The notes under the pieces were generated by a model that ran no database searches, was not told where the DNA came from, and saw nothing but the letters and a program-made list of their open reading frames with translations. From assembly GCA_039180865.1 (NCBI GenBank), contig JBCDCZ010000001.1, forward strand, positions 5,492 to 69,491: a stretch of 64,000 nt of DNA, written 5' to 3'. This document shows positions 56,047 through 64,000 of this stretch, piece after piece; the stretch's first letter is position 1, and each line of letters starts with the position of its first letter. Position numbers and translations under genes: made by a program. The stretch is from Pseudomonadota bacterium (lineage in GTDB: Bacteria; Pseudomonadota; Alphaproteobacteria; Rhizobiales; JACESI01).

Positions 56047-57239
56047 CAGACAGCCTCCGCCTTCGACATGATGTGAGACAGGCGCTGAACGACCGCGAGT
56101 TCGAGTTCAGCCCCGGGCGCATTTGCAATCGATGGCAGACTCAAAAGAACGATCCTCAGCGGATCTTCAGAGGCAAGCATCGCATGGGTTGCACCATACC
56201 GTTCGAAGAGCCAGGCAAGCTCCTCGTCGAGCAGTTCCTCTTTTAGATCAGTTCGATCCCCAGCCCTGAGGATCCTTTTGGTTTTCAAATGCGTTTTGAG
56301 ACCCGCGCCGAAGTCATCAAGATCTGCTTCCTCAAGAATGAGTGCGCCGGAGACCAACGGATGATCCTGAAGCCCGGTTAAAAATTCAATATGAGACTGC
56401 GGCGATGAATTTGCGATGTATGAGAGGAGGGTCGCCCGCTCCCCTTCCCGTTGCAAGGACCGCGCTTCTGTGAAGACCTGAAGGAGGAGCCCGGTACAAA
56501 GAATAATCGCCGCCGCCTGAACGGATTGTGTGAAGCTCAGGTCGGCCAGAAAGGAGATCGCACTCACCGCGACACAGACACTGACCGCGATGAGAGCAAA
56601 GTTCCCGAGAATATGAAACGTGTTGGTGCGAAGCCGATCAACGCTGAGCGACAACCAGCACAGAAACAGGATCGCGACCCCAGAAAGACGGGCAGGTGAG
56701 TCGATCAGCGCGCTTCTGAAATCGGTGATCGCAAACGGAATAATGAGAAGAAGCGACCAGGCAAGCCGGTCGATAATGCGGTTCTCCGCCGTGGTGAGAT
56801 CTGAGCGATCCCGGCCAATCACCCAGACCCCGATCAGGATAATCGAAACGATCTGGAAGGCGAGAAGACCTTGCCAGGGAATCGGACCATCAAACAGCGG
56901 CGCAAACGGTGCGAAAAGAATGAAAACCGCCACACCGGCTACGATACCGATTTTCAAGAGATGATGCGCATGGCGGCGCATCAGACCTTCGCAGAGGATA
57001 AGCATGGCAAGCGGTATAAGCGCTGCTGCGATCACGTTGATCACGACAAAATGGGCGTAACCGGTTGTCCAGAAAAACACGCGCGATGCGAGCATGGCGA
57101 CGAGGACGGAAATCGCAAAACTATAGCGCTGTGCTATCCACGGCATCCGGCTCGAACGCTTGATGCTCAAGCGGAGGATGAGCAAACCCGCAATCGCTGC
57201 AATAGAGACAAAACTGTCCGCAACCAGCGTCGCACCCAT
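56046..57239 (-). CDS. Polytopic membrane protein with a ~130-aa cytoplasmic C-terminal domain, unknown function
   Basis: 397 aa, roughly 8 predicted TM helices by eye. No recognisable motif. Confidence 0.55.
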   Translation of the reverse strand: MGATLVADSFVSIAAIAGLLILRLSIKRSSRMPWIAQRYSFAISVLVAMLASRVFFWTTGYAHFVVINVIAAALIPLAMLILCEGLMRRHAHHLLKIGIVAGVAVFILFAPFAPLFDGPIPWQGLLAFQIVSIILIGVWVIGRDRSDLTTAENRIIDRLAWSLLLIIPFAITDFRSALIDSPARLSGVAILFLCWLSLSVDRLRTNTFHILGNFALIAVSVCVAVSAISFLADLSFTQSVQAAAIILCTGLLLQVFTEARSLQREGERATLLSYIANSSPQSHIEFLTGLQDHPLVSGALILEEADLDDFGAGLKTHLKTKRILRAGDRTDLKEELLDEELAWLFERYGATHAMLASEDPLRIVLLSLPSIANAPGAELELAVVQRLSHIMSKAEAV

Positions 57240-57242
57240 TGC

Positions 57243-58118
57243 TCAGCCCGCCATCATATTTTTCAGGAAACGGCGGACAAGAGGACGTGCGATCGCCGCA
57301 AGGACAGCATTTTGCGGTCGCTCGACGCGCCCCTTATAGGGATTGAAGAACCACCCGCGATAATCGGCACCGTGGTGTCTCCCGAGAATGCCGTTAATTG
57401 CTTCATAAGCCATCAGCATACCAGTGGTCAGCACCATCGGCGCAAACGACATACGACTGCGTTTTCCAGCCGCCACCTCGCCTGCGAGATCAAGATCGAT
57501 GTAGTGACGCGATGAGGAATGCAGGATCACGTATTCGGCTTCACGCAGGAACGCTTCGCTCCGTTTCTCGTCATCCAACCGGTTCCACTCAGTGCCGAGC
57601 GTCGGGTAATTGAGCCGCTCTTCAGGGGACGGGTCGGTCGGGCCCGTTACATAGATTGAGGGGAGCGGCGAGGCATAGGCATCGATCACGGCCTTCTTCA
57701 AATTGCGCGCAGTCCGGTAGAGAAGGAGCGATGCCCCGAGATCGTCGGTTCCATTGACAACAATAGCACTCTGATCGATCGCGGCACTGACATGATCAGG
57801 CCATTCGGAGCGAAAAACCGTGATCTCGATGTCGGGGTTGATCGTGCGACAGATCTCGGCCGTTGCTTCCGCCTTATGCTTGCCAATCGTCTCGGCGAAA
57901 GCAAATGCCTGACGATTGAGATTCGAGACTTCGAATTCGTCGATATCAGCAAGGATCAAATGGCCGATTCCGGCACGGGCGAGCGCAAAAACACTGGCAC
58001 CGCCCATACCCCCGGTCCCGCATACGAAAACACAGGAATTGCGAAGGGTTTGCTGTTCGGTCTCAGTGACAAAACCCAGATTTCGTGTCGTGAATTCTTC
58101 ATAGGTGAATGCAGTCAT
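57243..58118 (-). CDS. ThiF/MoeB/HesA-family E1-like adenylyltransferase
   Basis: 291 aa. Nucleotide-binding motif VCGTGGMGGASVFALARAGIGHLILADIDEFEVSNLNRQ. No CxxC zinc or rhodanese module. Confidence 0.8.
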   Translation of the reverse strand: MTAFTYEEFTTRNLGFVTETEQQTLRNSCVFVCGTGGMGGASVFALARAGIGHLILADIDEFEVSNLNRQAFAFAETIGKHKAEATAEICRTINPDIEITVFRSEWPDHVSAAIDQSAIVVNGTDDLGASLLLYRTARNLKKAVIDAYASPLPSIYVTGPTDPSPEERLNYPTLGTEWNRLDDEKRSEAFLREAEYVILHSSSRHYIDLDLAGEVAAGKRSRMSFAPMVLTTGMLMAYEAINGILGRHHGADYRGWFFNPYKGRVERPQNAVLAAIARPLVRRFLKNMMAG

Positions 58119-59065
58119 GAGAGGCGCCCCCGCAGATCGCCCCAGGATCGGGAGGCGTCAAACCAATAGACAATGGGAAGTGCGACACGCTGCAGGAAAA
58201 CGAAAGCGCCCGCAAAGAGCAAGGTCAGAAATGAACCGGGCGGGACGGATTTCTGTAAATACGTCCGTGCCGCATTGAGATCGATTTCACCAAGCTGCAG
58301 CACGTCATCGCCACGATCATAATCAAGGGTATCTTCGCAAAACCGGTTGTAGATCTCGTCTCTGTGTTTCTGGGCTTCATTGAAGCTTTTTTTCAAATCA
58401 TCCGATCCGCCGGTATAGGCATTGGTGATCACGAAACGATCCTCATCAAATCCAGCATCGGAGCCGACACCGAACACATGACGGTGATCGCGCATGATAC
58501 GCCTTGCCAGAAGAAGATGCGTCAGGCTGAGCCGATTGCGGCACTCCGGCATCGGATAAACATTCGAGAACGTCTCAGAGACCATTCCAACAACAGCGGG
58601 CACCTGGGTGACATTGGATACCCAGACCGGGCGAAACCCGTTACGCACGAAGATCAGGATGCAGGTTAAACCATAAAGGACCCAGGAAAGCCCGCGCGAA
58701 CGCACATTCGGATCGACCATAACCAGGCCGAGGTGCAGCACGGTTTTCGGTTCCTGCCCGTACTCGACCTCCATGACAGCAAGAGCATTGAAGGCGATGG
58801 GCTGACCGGTTTCGCGATCACGAACAAGCGTAATGACGGTTCGCTCCAGCGCTTCCTGATCTTCGGAGAAGACGCCGTAGGTTAAAGCGCCCCGTGCGAT
58901 CGTTTTCGACGCGACATCAATGAGATCTTTCCGCAGGGCCGCAAGATCCTCTTCATCCATCCAGAGGGCTGGCCGCTCGAGAATCCGCGTTTCAAACCCG
59001 TCCGAGGTATTGAAGCGAAGATCCATGTGATCTTTGGATAGGGATTGTCTCAACGCAGCAAACAT
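58115..59065 (-). CDS. Hypothetical protein, possibly acyl-CoA N-acyltransferase-like
   Basis: 316 aa. VMVDPNVRSRGLSWVLYGL resembles the GNAT R/Q-x-x-G-x-G/A loop. ATGA overlap with the ThiF-like gene. Confidence 0.4.
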   Translation of the reverse strand: MFAALRQSLSKDHMDLRFNTSDGFETRILERPALWMDEEDLAALRKDLIDVASKTIARGALTYGVFSEDQEALERTVITLVRDRETGQPIAFNALAVMEVEYGQEPKTVLHLGLVMVDPNVRSRGLSWVLYGLTCILIFVRNGFRPVWVSNVTQVPAVVGMVSETFSNVYPMPECRNRLSLTHLLLARRIMRDHRHVFGVGSDAGFDEDRFVITNAYTGGSDDLKKSFNEAQKHRDEIYNRFCEDTLDYDRGDDVLQLGEIDLNAARTYLQKSVPPGSFLTLLFAGAFVFLQRVALPIVYWFDASRSWGDLRGRLS

Positions 59066-59110
59066 TTGTCTGGTTTAAAAGAGTTTTGTTGCGGATCGGT
59101 AAAATTGACT

Positions 59111-59128
59111 TTGCCGGATTACCGGCAA
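59111..59128. promoter_or_regulatory. Perfect inverted repeat TTGCCGG-ATTA-CCGGCAA in a divergent promoter region
   Basis: It lies 46-63 bp upstream of the start at 59065 and 78-95 bp upstream of the VOC gene. Confidence 0.35.
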
Positions 59129-59205
59129 ACGCAGCCCGGTCCTAATCAGCATATTGCAGACCAAACCCGGGCGCCGATAGTGTCTGACGAGCGGCAATAT
59201 AAGAA

Positions 59206-59580
59206 ATGGAGGTCAGAGTGGAAAAAGTGACAGGCATTGGTGGCGTTTTCTTCAAATCGAAAGACCCTGAAGTCCTCGCAAAGTGGTACGAAGAAACGCT
59301 CGGCGTCGACATTCAAGGAACGATCTGGACGCAGTCGGCTGGCCCGACGGTCTTCATGCCATTTGCCAAGGATACCGACTACTTTGATCGGCCGGAACAA
59401 CAATGGATGATCAATTTCCGCGTAGCCAACCTTGATGCCATGATTGCTCAACTGGACGCGCGCGGCATCGACGTCATCACCAATCCGGAATGGGATTCTG
59501 TTGCCGGGAGATTCGCGCGAATCCATGACCCCGAGGGCAATCCGATCGAACTATGGGAACCAGCGCAGCCAGCTCCGTGA
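59206..59580 (+). CDS. VOC (glyoxalase/bleomycin-resistance/dioxygenase) family protein
   Basis: 124 aa with typical ends (VTGIGGVFFKSKDP ... FARIHDPEGNPIELWEP). Confidence 0.75.
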   Translation: MEVRVEKVTGIGGVFFKSKDPEVLAKWYEETLGVDIQGTIWTQSAGPTVFMPFAKDTDYFDRPEQQWMINFRVANLDAMIAQLDARGIDVITNPEWDSVAGRFARIHDPEGNPIELWEPAQPAP

Positions 59581-59591
59581 TGGAAACGAAA

Positions 59592-59619
59592 GAGAAGGCT
59601 ACGAAGACGTAGCCTTCTC
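59592..59619. terminator. Bidirectional stem-loop between the VOC gene and nadV
   Basis: GAGAAGGCTACG-AAGA-CGTAGCCTTCTC, a perfect 12-bp stem. Confidence 0.65.
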
Positions 59620-59633
59620 ATGTGTTGCGAATA

Positions 59634-61034
59634 TCAAACGGCCTTCCGCAAAGCCTGATCGGCGTGGACGCGAACGTCTTCAAATGTCTGATGCGACAGG
59701 ATTTGCCCGTTACTGAACACCGGCCTTAAGAGATCTTCTTCCTCTGACACCTCATCAAGCCGTTTTGCCTTCAACGTCCCGTTAACTGAAACGACCGCCT
59801 GACGCCCCGCTTTCGATGCCTTTGCCGGGTCCGTAGCTGGCTGCTTCGACACATCCCGCCAGGTTCCGTCAGTGGTCTTCATTGCATTCGCCTTCATGGC
59901 AAATCGCAATGTGTCGCGATTGACCTGTTGGAGCAGTCCGCCTCCCATGCCGAACGCAATATTGTCGATCGACCACCCATCATGCACCAACTGCGTCACG
60001 AGTCTCTCAATCGTCTCGACGGTCATGCCGTCACCTTGAATGACACGTATGGCGTCATTGAGCACTCGATATCCTTTGGCGTTCTCACGCCCGCCATAGT
60101 GGCTCCAAAGCTTTTCAATGACCCTGATCGGTGTTGTGACCGGGTCTCCGGAATCGGGTCGGATAACCAGAGTTCCGCCTGTAGCAAGAACACGTTCGCG
60201 AAGTTCACCGCCCCACAATTTATCGACTGCATGGTCGAGATCATAGCTGTCGGAAACGACCGCAACGAGGCTCCCTTCACCGCCAAACTCATCGATCATG
60301 TTGGTATAAGCATCCACCTCGCGGGACGCCCCCCAACTGGTAATCGTTGAATGCTCTGCTGCCGGGATAGAAAAGCCAGGCATGTCAGCATCGTAAAAGT
60401 CGATTGCCGCGTTAAGCGCCTCCATTGTGTCGGTGCCTGAGAAGTTCACAAGATGCGCCATGCCGCCAAGTGCAGCACTTTCAGCCGATGAAACGCCACG
60501 TGCGCCAAAATCATGGAGCTTGAACTGTATCTGACCATCCGGGTCTTCACTGGTTTGAAGCAACCCTTTGTAAATCAGAGCTTTGCAACGAAAAGACAGC
60601 GTCGCAACAGTGCAGGGATACCAGACTGCGCGAAGCAGCGCCGTTTCGATGAACGTGGAAAGCCAGGATAATCGCTCATCGGTGTTCTCCACCTGGACAA
60701 GCGGCACGCCGTTCGGAACAAGCATTCCCTCGGGAAGGGCTTTTATCTCGACCGGTAAAAGACCGGAATGCTCACTGAGAATGATCTGCCAGCCCTCGTC
60801 GTTGAACGGCACACCATGACGGCCGCACAGCTTTTTTGCCTCGTCGATGTTCTCAGGGGTAATCGGTTGACTGAGCGATGCTTTCAAAAAGGCTTGCAGC
60901 CCGAAGAAGAGAACGCCATTCGAAAAGTCGTTCTCTCGCGCCTCGATGTAAGCTGAAATGCGCTTCGCTTCTGGTGGGTATTGCCGGAAATGGGATTGCT
61001 TATAGCTATCCGTTGCAAGAATCGGATTTGTCAT
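59634..61034 (-). CDS. nadV: Nicotinamide phosphoribosyltransferase
   Basis: 466 aa. N-terminus MTNPILATDSYKQSHFRQYP and overall NAMPT-like length and organisation. Confidence 0.85.
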   Translation of the reverse strand: MTNPILATDSYKQSHFRQYPPEAKRISAYIEARENDFSNGVLFFGLQAFLKASLSQPITPENIDEAKKLCGRHGVPFNDEGWQIILSEHSGLLPVEIKALPEGMLVPNGVPLVQVENTDERLSWLSTFIETALLRAVWYPCTVATLSFRCKALIYKGLLQTSEDPDGQIQFKLHDFGARGVSSAESAALGGMAHLVNFSGTDTMEALNAAIDFYDADMPGFSIPAAEHSTITSWGASREVDAYTNMIDEFGGEGSLVAVVSDSYDLDHAVDKLWGGELRERVLATGGTLVIRPDSGDPVTTPIRVIEKLWSHYGGRENAKGYRVLNDAIRVIQGDGMTVETIERLVTQLVHDGWSIDNIAFGMGGGLLQQVNRDTLRFAMKANAMKTTDGTWRDVSKQPATDPAKASKAGRQAVVSVNGTLKAKRLDEVSEEEDLLRPVFSNGQILSHQTFEDVRVHADQALRKAV

Positions 61035-61091
61035 TGTGAACTCCTCACGTGACGGTTGGTTTTTGACCGCAGGGCTCCCCTGCGACCGGTT

Positions 61092-62156
61092 TCAAAGGTC
61101 AGCCATCATATGAATGATTGACCAGTGATCTTCAAAAAACTGTTCGGGCCGCAAATCTCCAACACGATACCAATGGGCCGTCTTCGCGTCGTCGCCTCCT
61201 TTCACAGAAAACAGCTTTCGGCGCTCAGGAAGGCGGAACAGGTAAGCGTGTGTGATGATACGTCCACGCAAAGACCGGTTCGGCTGATCGAACACCCGGG
61301 TTCTCGTATCGTCGATAAAGGATGCCAGCATGGCTGGAGGGATCTCACCTTTATGGTCGCTGATCGCCGTCTCTTCTTTGAGTTCGCGGACGGCCGCATC
61401 CCGTATTGTCTCATCCGGATCGAGAAACCCTCCCGGAAGCGCCAGCAAGCCCTTGCCGGGCAAATTGCCGCGCTCGACGAGGAGAATATGGCCCGACTGA
61501 ATAACAACGGCATCTGCAGTCACAAACGGCCCGCGACCCCATTCCTGCGGATAGGCACGAAGATATTCGGCCTCCTCAAGGAGAGGACGGAAAGCATCGG
61601 TCATTTTGAAGGTGTCAAGCCATTCGCAAACGCCCTCTGACAGAACCGAGTTCGAAATGACCGGGATGCGCTGAAAGTATGTCTCACGGATATCAGTCGA
61701 AGAGAACGTTCCGAACTGGCTGTCGATCTGGATATTGTCCCACTCCGGGAAGAGCTTCAAATAATAGCTCGACTTGTCTTTGCCATAGCCTGTGAGTGCA
61801 GTTCTGACGTCTTTAAGACCATGAAGGACAACACCGGAATTGTTGTGCAGATCGAGGATGGTCGCGTTAACGCATCTTTGGACCTCAGCACACCAGGCCG
61901 TATCGGAATAGGGATGATCGGCAATCGGGCGCAGGATGATCCGGCCGGTCGCAATCTCATGCTTGAAGACCTTGTTGAAAATCTCAACCCGCTGTTCAAA
62001 GGTGAACGGATTGCGAGGGTCGGGCGCGTAATGGGCTGACCCGACGAGAACAATGAGCTTCTCTACCTGCTCAAGCGCGGAGCGGATTACGGCTTCATGT
62101 CCAATATGAAGGGGTTGAAAACGGCCTACGAAAACGCCGTAGTGATAGTCTGACAT
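61092..62156 (-). CDS. nadM: Bifunctional NMN adenylyltransferase / Nudix hydrolase
   Basis: ORF 61092..62237. The ATG at 62156 follows a GGAG RBS. Adenylyltransferase motif GVFVGRFQPLHIGH and Nudix box GGFLDPDETIRDAAVRELKEETAI. Confidence 0.85.
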   Translation of the reverse strand: MSDYHYGVFVGRFQPLHIGHEAVIRSALEQVEKLIVLVGSAHYAPDPRNPFTFEQRVEIFNKVFKHEIATGRIILRPIADHPYSDTAWCAEVQRCVNATILDLHNNSGVVLHGLKDVRTALTGYGKDKSSYYLKLFPEWDNIQIDSQFGTFSSTDIRETYFQRIPVISNSVLSEGVCEWLDTFKMTDAFRPLLEEAEYLRAYPQEWGRGPFVTADAVVIQSGHILLVERGNLPGKGLLALPGGFLDPDETIRDAAVRELKEETAISDHKGEIPPAMLASFIDDTRTRVFDQPNRSLRGRIITHAYLFRLPERRKLFSVKGGDDAKTAHWYRVGDLRPEQFFEDHWSIIHMMADL

Positions 62157-62329
62157 TCGACACTCCATCGAAATTCTGTGGTGCGCCAAACTCCTCGGCG
62201 CAGGCTTAAGGTAAGCGCTCAGGCAGTCATTGCACAAGGTCTTTTCAATGATGACGGCGAAGCTTGGTTAAGATCTTGAAGCTCTTTCGAACACAAGCCT
62301 GCGCAAAAACAAACGGCCGCTACTGCGCG

Positions 62330-63178
62330 TCAATTGAGGACATCAATCAGCGCCTGAACCTTGGGAGAGCGGACACCGCGGCGCCAGATCACGAATGTTC
62401 TCAGCATATTCTGACCCTCAGGTAGCGGATGCGCACTGACCTTGTCGCGTTCCGGGAAGGCGGCAAGTACGCTTGCTGGCATCAGGGCGATGCCCATTCC
62501 CGCAACAACCGATCCGAACATCGCATGATAGGAACCAAGTTCGATTGTTTTTGACGGGATATCATTACGCGCCTGATACCAGGCTTCCAGCTGGCGGCGA
62601 TGCGGACAGCCGTTTTCGAAAACGATAATCGTATCCGGGCTTGGTGTTTTGGCATCGATTTCTGGATAATCGCGCGGAGCAATCAAAACGAGCTTCTCTT
62701 CGAAGGCGAGCGCACTATCGAACTGTGCTTCAGCGATAGGTTCAGCGATCAAGGCCGCTTCCAATTCACCCGACATAACAGCCGTAGAGAGCTGCCGGGG
62801 ATTTCCAGTCCGCAGTTTCAAATCAACCTCGGGATAACGTTGATAGAACCGCGTGAGTGGACCTGGAAGGCGAACGGCAGCCGTGCTTTCCATAGCGCCG
62901 AGACTGAATTCGCCGCACGGTACATCGTCACGTAACGCGGCTTTCGCTTCCGCGGCAAGCGCCAGCAGACGCTCGGCATAACTTAACAGGACGCGCCCGT
63001 CCGGCGAGATCAGCATTTTCTTACCTTCGCGCAAAAACAGGTCCACACCGAGCTCCTGCTCAAGCTGTTTAATGCGCGCGGTAATGCTCGATTGCACCCT
63101 TCCGAGCTTTTCGGACGCACGGGTAATCCCGCCTTCCGATACAACAGCGCGAAACACTTCGAGGTCACGTAAGTCCAT
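62330..63178 (-). CDS. LysR-family transcriptional regulator
   Basis: 282 aa. N-terminal wHTH: LRDLEVFRAVVSEGGITRASEKLGRVQSSITARIKQLEQELG. Confidence 0.85.
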   Translation of the reverse strand: MDLRDLEVFRAVVSEGGITRASEKLGRVQSSITARIKQLEQELGVDLFLREGKKMLISPDGRVLLSYAERLLALAAEAKAALRDDVPCGEFSLGAMESTAAVRLPGPLTRFYQRYPEVDLKLRTGNPRQLSTAVMSGELEAALIAEPIAEAQFDSALAFEEKLVLIAPRDYPEIDAKTPSPDTIIVFENGCPHRRQLEAWYQARNDIPSKTIELGSYHAMFGSVVAGMGIALMPASVLAAFPERDKVSAHPLPEGQNMLRTFVIWRRGVRSPKVQALIDVLN

Positions 63179-63292
63179 ATTCGAAAAATCCGAACATTTT
63201 GATCTTTATTATTCATTTTACGAGAAAATTCTCGTGCCGTAAACCATCGCAATCGGGGCCGCAAACTGCGGCCTGCCAAATGCGAAAGGAGA

Positions 63293-63493
63293 ATGGATAT
63301 GTTCCGACAACGACTGAAACGTTTTTATTTCGGTGGCCGGAATTCAACCGTGTCACGGCAGCGCACAGTAAGAAAGCGGGCAATGCAACGGGCACTGCTC
63401 GGGCTGGACGATCACATATTGCAGGATATCGGGCTCACCCGCTCAGAAATCACTGACGAAAGAGCCGGCCAATTTCTCGATAATGACGAATAA
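63293..63493 (+). CDS. DUF1127-domain small protein
   Basis: 66 aa. The C-terminal LLGLDDHILQDIGLTRSEI is the DUF1127 signature. Confidence 0.6.
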   Translation: MDMFRQRLKRFYFGGRNSTVSRQRTVRKRAMQRALLGLDDHILQDIGLTRSEITDERAGQFLDNDE

Positions 63494-63505
63494 GGAGCAG
63501 GGGCA

Positions 63506-63943
63506 GTGATTGACCTTCCCACAGACACAATTGCAACCCTGCGCGAGAGTTGGCTTATGATCGCACCACACGGTGTAGACGTGGCTTCGATCTTTTATCA
63601 GCGCCTGTTCGATACCGACCCGTCGCTGAAGGCTCTCTTCGCGAGTACTGACATGGCAATGCAGAACGAAAAGCTGATTGGTGCCATTGCGGCCGTAATG
63701 GACGCTTTAGATGATCTCTCCGCTGTCGTCCCGGTACTTGAAAAACTCGGGCGCCGTCACGCTGAATTTGGAGTGACACGCGCGCAGTACGACATGGTCG
63801 GATCAGCACTATTGTGGACTTTTGCCAAGATCCTAAAGGACGCGTTCACGTCAAAAGTCAGAAGCGCTTGGACCCTGGCATACGCCTGGGTCGCGAGGAT
63901 AATGGCAGACGCAGCGGAGCTGGCAGATAGTTCCGTTGCCTGA
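63506..63943 (+). CDS. Single-domain globin-like protein
   Basis: 145 aa. LRESWLMIAPHGVDVASIFYQRLFDTDPSLKALF and LGRRHAEFGV are typical of bacterial globin domains. Confidence 0.6.
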   Translation: MIDLPTDTIATLRESWLMIAPHGVDVASIFYQRLFDTDPSLKALFASTDMAMQNEKLIGAIAAVMDALDDLSAVVPVLEKLGRRHAEFGVTRAQYDMVGSALLWTFAKILKDAFTSKVRSAWTLAYAWVARIMADAAELADSSVA

Positions 63944-64000
63944 GCCAGGAACTCCAAGGGCGCAAACCAACCGCGCTGGAAGGCGAAGTTAAGCCTTCCG

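Overview
This 64-kb window looks like chromosomal DNA from a proteobacterium. An alphaproteobacterium is my guess, based only on the mix of gene families (DUF1127, fused membrane/spermidine-synthase protein, FecIRA-type ECF cassettes). It falls into three blocks.

(i) About 3.5-25.5 kb is an iron-uptake super-locus. It holds three paralogous cassettes, each made of an ECF sigma factor, a FecR-like anti-sigma factor and an STN-domain TonB-dependent transducer. It also holds an exbB-exbD-exbD-tonB energiser operon led by an exported protein of unknown function, and a fourth TonB-dependent receptor without an STN domain. PepSY-TM and DUF3325-like accessory genes occur as one intact set, one frameshifted copy and one truncated remnant. 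A roughly 28-bp CTGGCT direct-repeat box recurs in five promoter regions of this block.

(ii) About 26.2-46.7 kb is a roughly 20.4-kb segment bounded by an intact tRNA-Arg(CCT) and a direct repeat of its 3' 48 nt. I found no integrase in it. It carries an alginate-type exopolysaccharide locus with algD-, algA-, alg44(PilZ)-, alg8-, algK- and algI-like genes plus an SGNH partner. A hybrid histidine kinase and a sigma54 activator are embedded in the locus, and sigma54-type promoters are visible. No AlgE, AlgG, AlgL or AlgF is recognisable. An unknown 660-aa secreted protein and an RTX/DUF4114 protein sit beside it. This is the most interesting candidate system in the window.

(iii) About 47-64 kb contains an LplT-PlsC-Aas fusion, PspA/YiaAB next to a TetR gene with a duplicated palindromic operator, and a di-haem cytochrome. 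It also has a translationally coupled 5-gene operon of unknown function (ThiF-type E1, two GNAT-like proteins, a polytopic membrane protein, an Acg-type nitroreductase). The block ends with nadV-nadM NAD salvage, LysR, DUF1127 and a globin.

I saw no rRNA, CRISPR array, transposase or integrase. All calls rest on reading the ORF translations and the DNA by eye. No database search was run.
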